From positions 159,340,001-159,404,000 of the forward strand of contig OZ024742.1 of NCBI GenBank assembly GCA_964016885.1: DNA of 64,000 nt, in the 5' to 3' direction. The notes beneath the pieces were generated by a model. It saw nothing but the letters and a program-made list of their open reading frames with translations. It was not told the DNA's origin and searched no databases. This document shows, one piece after another, positions 61,031 through 64,000 of the stretch; position 1 is the first letter of the stretch; every line of letters begins with the position of its first letter. The translations under genes were made by a program, and so were the position numbers. The stretch comes from Eledone cirrhosa. Taxonomy: Eukaryota.

Positions 61031-61631
61031 GTTATACATTAATATATATGATAAACACAAAACGTGTTTGCATTGTAACAGACAAAGTTAGCTATCAATG
61101 AAATAAACTAATTAAAGTGAATACAATTTGTCTGTCTCGATATAAGTCAATAAAGACAAGCTTATATTGGCAAAAGCCGTGATTCCTGGACAAATCTAAA
61201 TTTCAAAATCCAAACCCGCTCTGTAATTGAATTTGAACTTCGAAATCTAAATATGTTTCGCAACGATGGTACATGAATTGAAAAATAAAGAGAATCGAAA
61301 TGGAATTGAAATAAAAAGTGAAATATCCAAATCTTCTTTGCTTATCAACAGGAATCCAGTAAAATTAGTACATTCCACCATCAAAAATTTTGCAGGTCTG
61401 ACTACACGTGTGTGTAGCCAGCCAAACTAGCCGTTCCGCATTCCCGGTGCTAGAAATAACAGCCGTTTATATGGGATTAAAGATCAGCTCTACAGTTAAG
61501 GAACAATATACTATATTATATTTTGAGATTAAACTCTCAGTCGTTTACAATTAATCAGCTCCAAGAAAGAGGCATTTCCGAGCAGTTAAATACATGTTAT
61601 ACATTAATATATATATATATATATATATATA

Positions 61632-62347
61632 TAAGTATGTATACGTACATACATATATGTATACAGACGTACAGTAGTATGTATATATATATACATACAT
61701 GCACACATATATATATGTACGTATGGATTCACCGAACATTTATTATAATGCTCTTTTTGTTTGTAAACAAACAACCCGAATTAAGCCGTACAGTGTCTAG
61801 CAACCATCGTTGCTCATTTGTTCAACACTGACAAAGGAACGCTGTACTAGTTTCAAGCTTATTAGCTATCGTCAGCAACGTATACCTTCCTGCCAGATGG
61901 TTGAACGTCTGAAAGTATATACTTTCCTTATGCATATTACCGGCTGAGTAGCCGTTAATATGCATAAGGCTGCTCAGCCGTTAATATGCATAAGGAAAGT
62001 ATATACTTTCAGATGTTCAACCATCTGGCAGGAAGGTATACGTTGCTGACGATAGCTAATAAGCTTGAAACTAGTACAGCGTTCCTTTGTCATGTTGAAC
62101 AAATGAGCAACGATGGTTGCTAGACACTGTACGGCTTAATTCGGGTTGTTTGTTTACAAACAAAGAGAGCATTATAATAAATGTTCGGTGAATCCATACG
62201 TACATATATATATATGTGTGCATGTATGTATATATATACATACTACTGTACGTCTGTATACATATATGTATGTACGTATACATACTTATATTTAAGTAAC
62301 AGCCGTACTAAGAGTGAGAAATTAAATTTCGTTTAATTTTTTCCGTT

Positions 62348-62350
<3 letters not shown>
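61632..62350. mobile_element. HHR-bearing repeat family A, locus 3 (fold-back)
   Basis: HHRs at 61835-61891 (-) and 62030-62086 (+). Flanked by (TA)n. Confidence 0.88.
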
Positions 62351-62381
<31 letters not shown>

Positions 62382-62479
62382 TATGTATGTATATATGTAT
62401 ATGTGTGTATATATGTATGTGTGTATATGTATATATGTGTGTATATGTGTGTATATATGTGTATGTGTGTGTGTGTATG

Positions 62480-62517
<38 letters not shown>

Positions 62518-62650
62518 TAACAGATCAAAGTTTAAGCAAAGAATCGCTGCTTTCACCCTTCACGGGATCTTCTGAAACTAACAAAGTCAATCTGTAAACG
62601 CAGAACTGGATATTTCAAAAAACGCTGCAACATGTATATATATATATGTG

Positions 62651-62709
<59 letters not shown>

Positions 62710-62722
62710 ATGTATATGTATA

Positions 62723-62864
<142 letters not shown>

Positions 62865-63149
62865 AAGAAAAAGAGATGAAATCGGAAATGCAACTGGAGT
62901 CTTATTTAAAAAAAAAATATATATATATTTATTTGGTTCCTTTACCGGTTTCGCAGTTCTTCTACTTTTGAAAAGCTGAGTTGAGATGGAGGGTCTGTGG
63001 TTTTTACCGGTAAAGGAACCAAATAAATATATATATTTAAAAAAAAAAAATAAGACTCCAGTTGCATTTTCGATTTCATCTCTTTTTCTTTATACTTTCA
63101 CTCGTGTAGGACACCTCGGTTATTTTTCATTTTGTAAAAAAAACCTCAC

Positions 63150-63190
<41 letters not shown>

Positions 63191-63194
<4 letters not shown>

Positions 63195-63849
63195 AGGGCT
63201 TGTTGGAGAAGACGGCAAGCGGTAGGCCGCCGCTTCATGTGTCAGGTCACCAGTTGGTGCTACTGGTAACATGTATCCCAATACAACCTGTCTCATGGTC
63301 GGGTCGTTGGCGACTAAACTGGCAACCCTACCAAGGTTTCTTGGTGAGGAGGGTGACTTTGGATATCCTGCAGGACTAAAAGCAAAACCTGTCAAAGGGC
63401 AAAGGAGCTCTTAAGAGTCAATTGCCATCCAAAATCACCGGGAGAGATGACCCCTTAGCCTTTGTCAAGGCAGAATTCTAGGAGAAGGAAAACTCTGATA
63501 TAACACCTGCAACCCTGATGGTATCCAATGATGTTGACTTGTTCTTCTTTTTGGTAAATATCATCTTGGTTAAGAGAGTGGGACTGGCTTTGTGCAATGC
63601 CTTTGCTCACTATAAAAGCTTCACGGCACAGGCATTGCTTTATATCTGGAGATCTCTGCACTTGTCGTCACATGGTACCATGGGCCCAGCACTATGTGTC
63701 AATAATTGTCACAAGTGTAGTGTTTGTACCAGAGTTTTCAAGTCGCTGGCTGGACTAAAAAGTCACACTCGTTCAGCGCATCGGTAGGGGTTCTCCTACA
63801 TGGATATAAAGTAGTGGCCGTACTCGAAAACGAGTTGGCAGCCACCATA
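63191..63849 (+). mobile_element. Second, longer copy of the non-autonomous RTE-derived element
   Basis: Colinear with 17925-18499. ORF 63518-63787 ends HKCSVCTRVFKSLAGLKSHTRSAHR. Confidence 0.8.
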
Positions 63850-63875
63850 TGTATATATATATATATATGTATGTG

Positions 63876-63921
<46 letters not shown>

Positions 63922-64000
63922 TGAATGTGTCTGTTGACACCTGGAATATAGTTTAAGAGAAACTTGAAGATAATCGTATGATAGGCACTCAATATTTTGA

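Noticed and set aside
59938-61101. Long ORFs rich in YI/CV/HT (e.g. 387 aa here, 35440-36510, 47661-48429)
   Set aside because: They are translations of dinucleotide microsatellites, which lack stop codons. No protein signal.
63240-63325. HDV-like ribozyme at the 5' end of the RTE-derived element
   Set aside because: RTE LINEs can carry these and some pairings are visible, but I could not build a consistent nested double pseudoknot by eye. A covariance-model search is needed.

Overview
AT-rich, microsatellite-saturated eukaryotic DNA with no convincing host protein-coding exon. The SINE types and the (TA)n/(CA)n density suggest a cephalopod such as Octopus, which is an inference. The window is a transposon graveyard. 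It holds decayed CR1/L2-group, Tx1/L1 (2 copies), RTE, R4/Dong-like and CRE-like LINEs, many SINEs, a 5S rRNA retrocopy, mariner, hAT and Helitron remnants, and three Penelope-like elements (PLEs). One PLE has an intact 758-aa RT + GIY-YIG ORF between ~1.15-kb inverted repeats. The main signal is non-coding: two related families of 424-465-nt repeats, each monomer carrying a type I hammerhead ribozyme (HHR) with a palindromic CUAG stem III. They form tandem plus fold-back arrays inserted in (TA)n (40.1-41.2, 44.8-46.7, 55.5-56.5, 61.6-62.4 kb). The two families share a conserved ~70-nt block and the same 3' junction. About a dozen further (TA)n-embedded fold-back elements carry HHR remnants and/or a shared TTGAGTRC tail motif. 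Together these look like a PLE-driven retrozyme/circular-RNA system that targets microsatellites. Most of the many short ORFs are microsatellite artefacts. All structures were read by eye; nothing was computed or searched.
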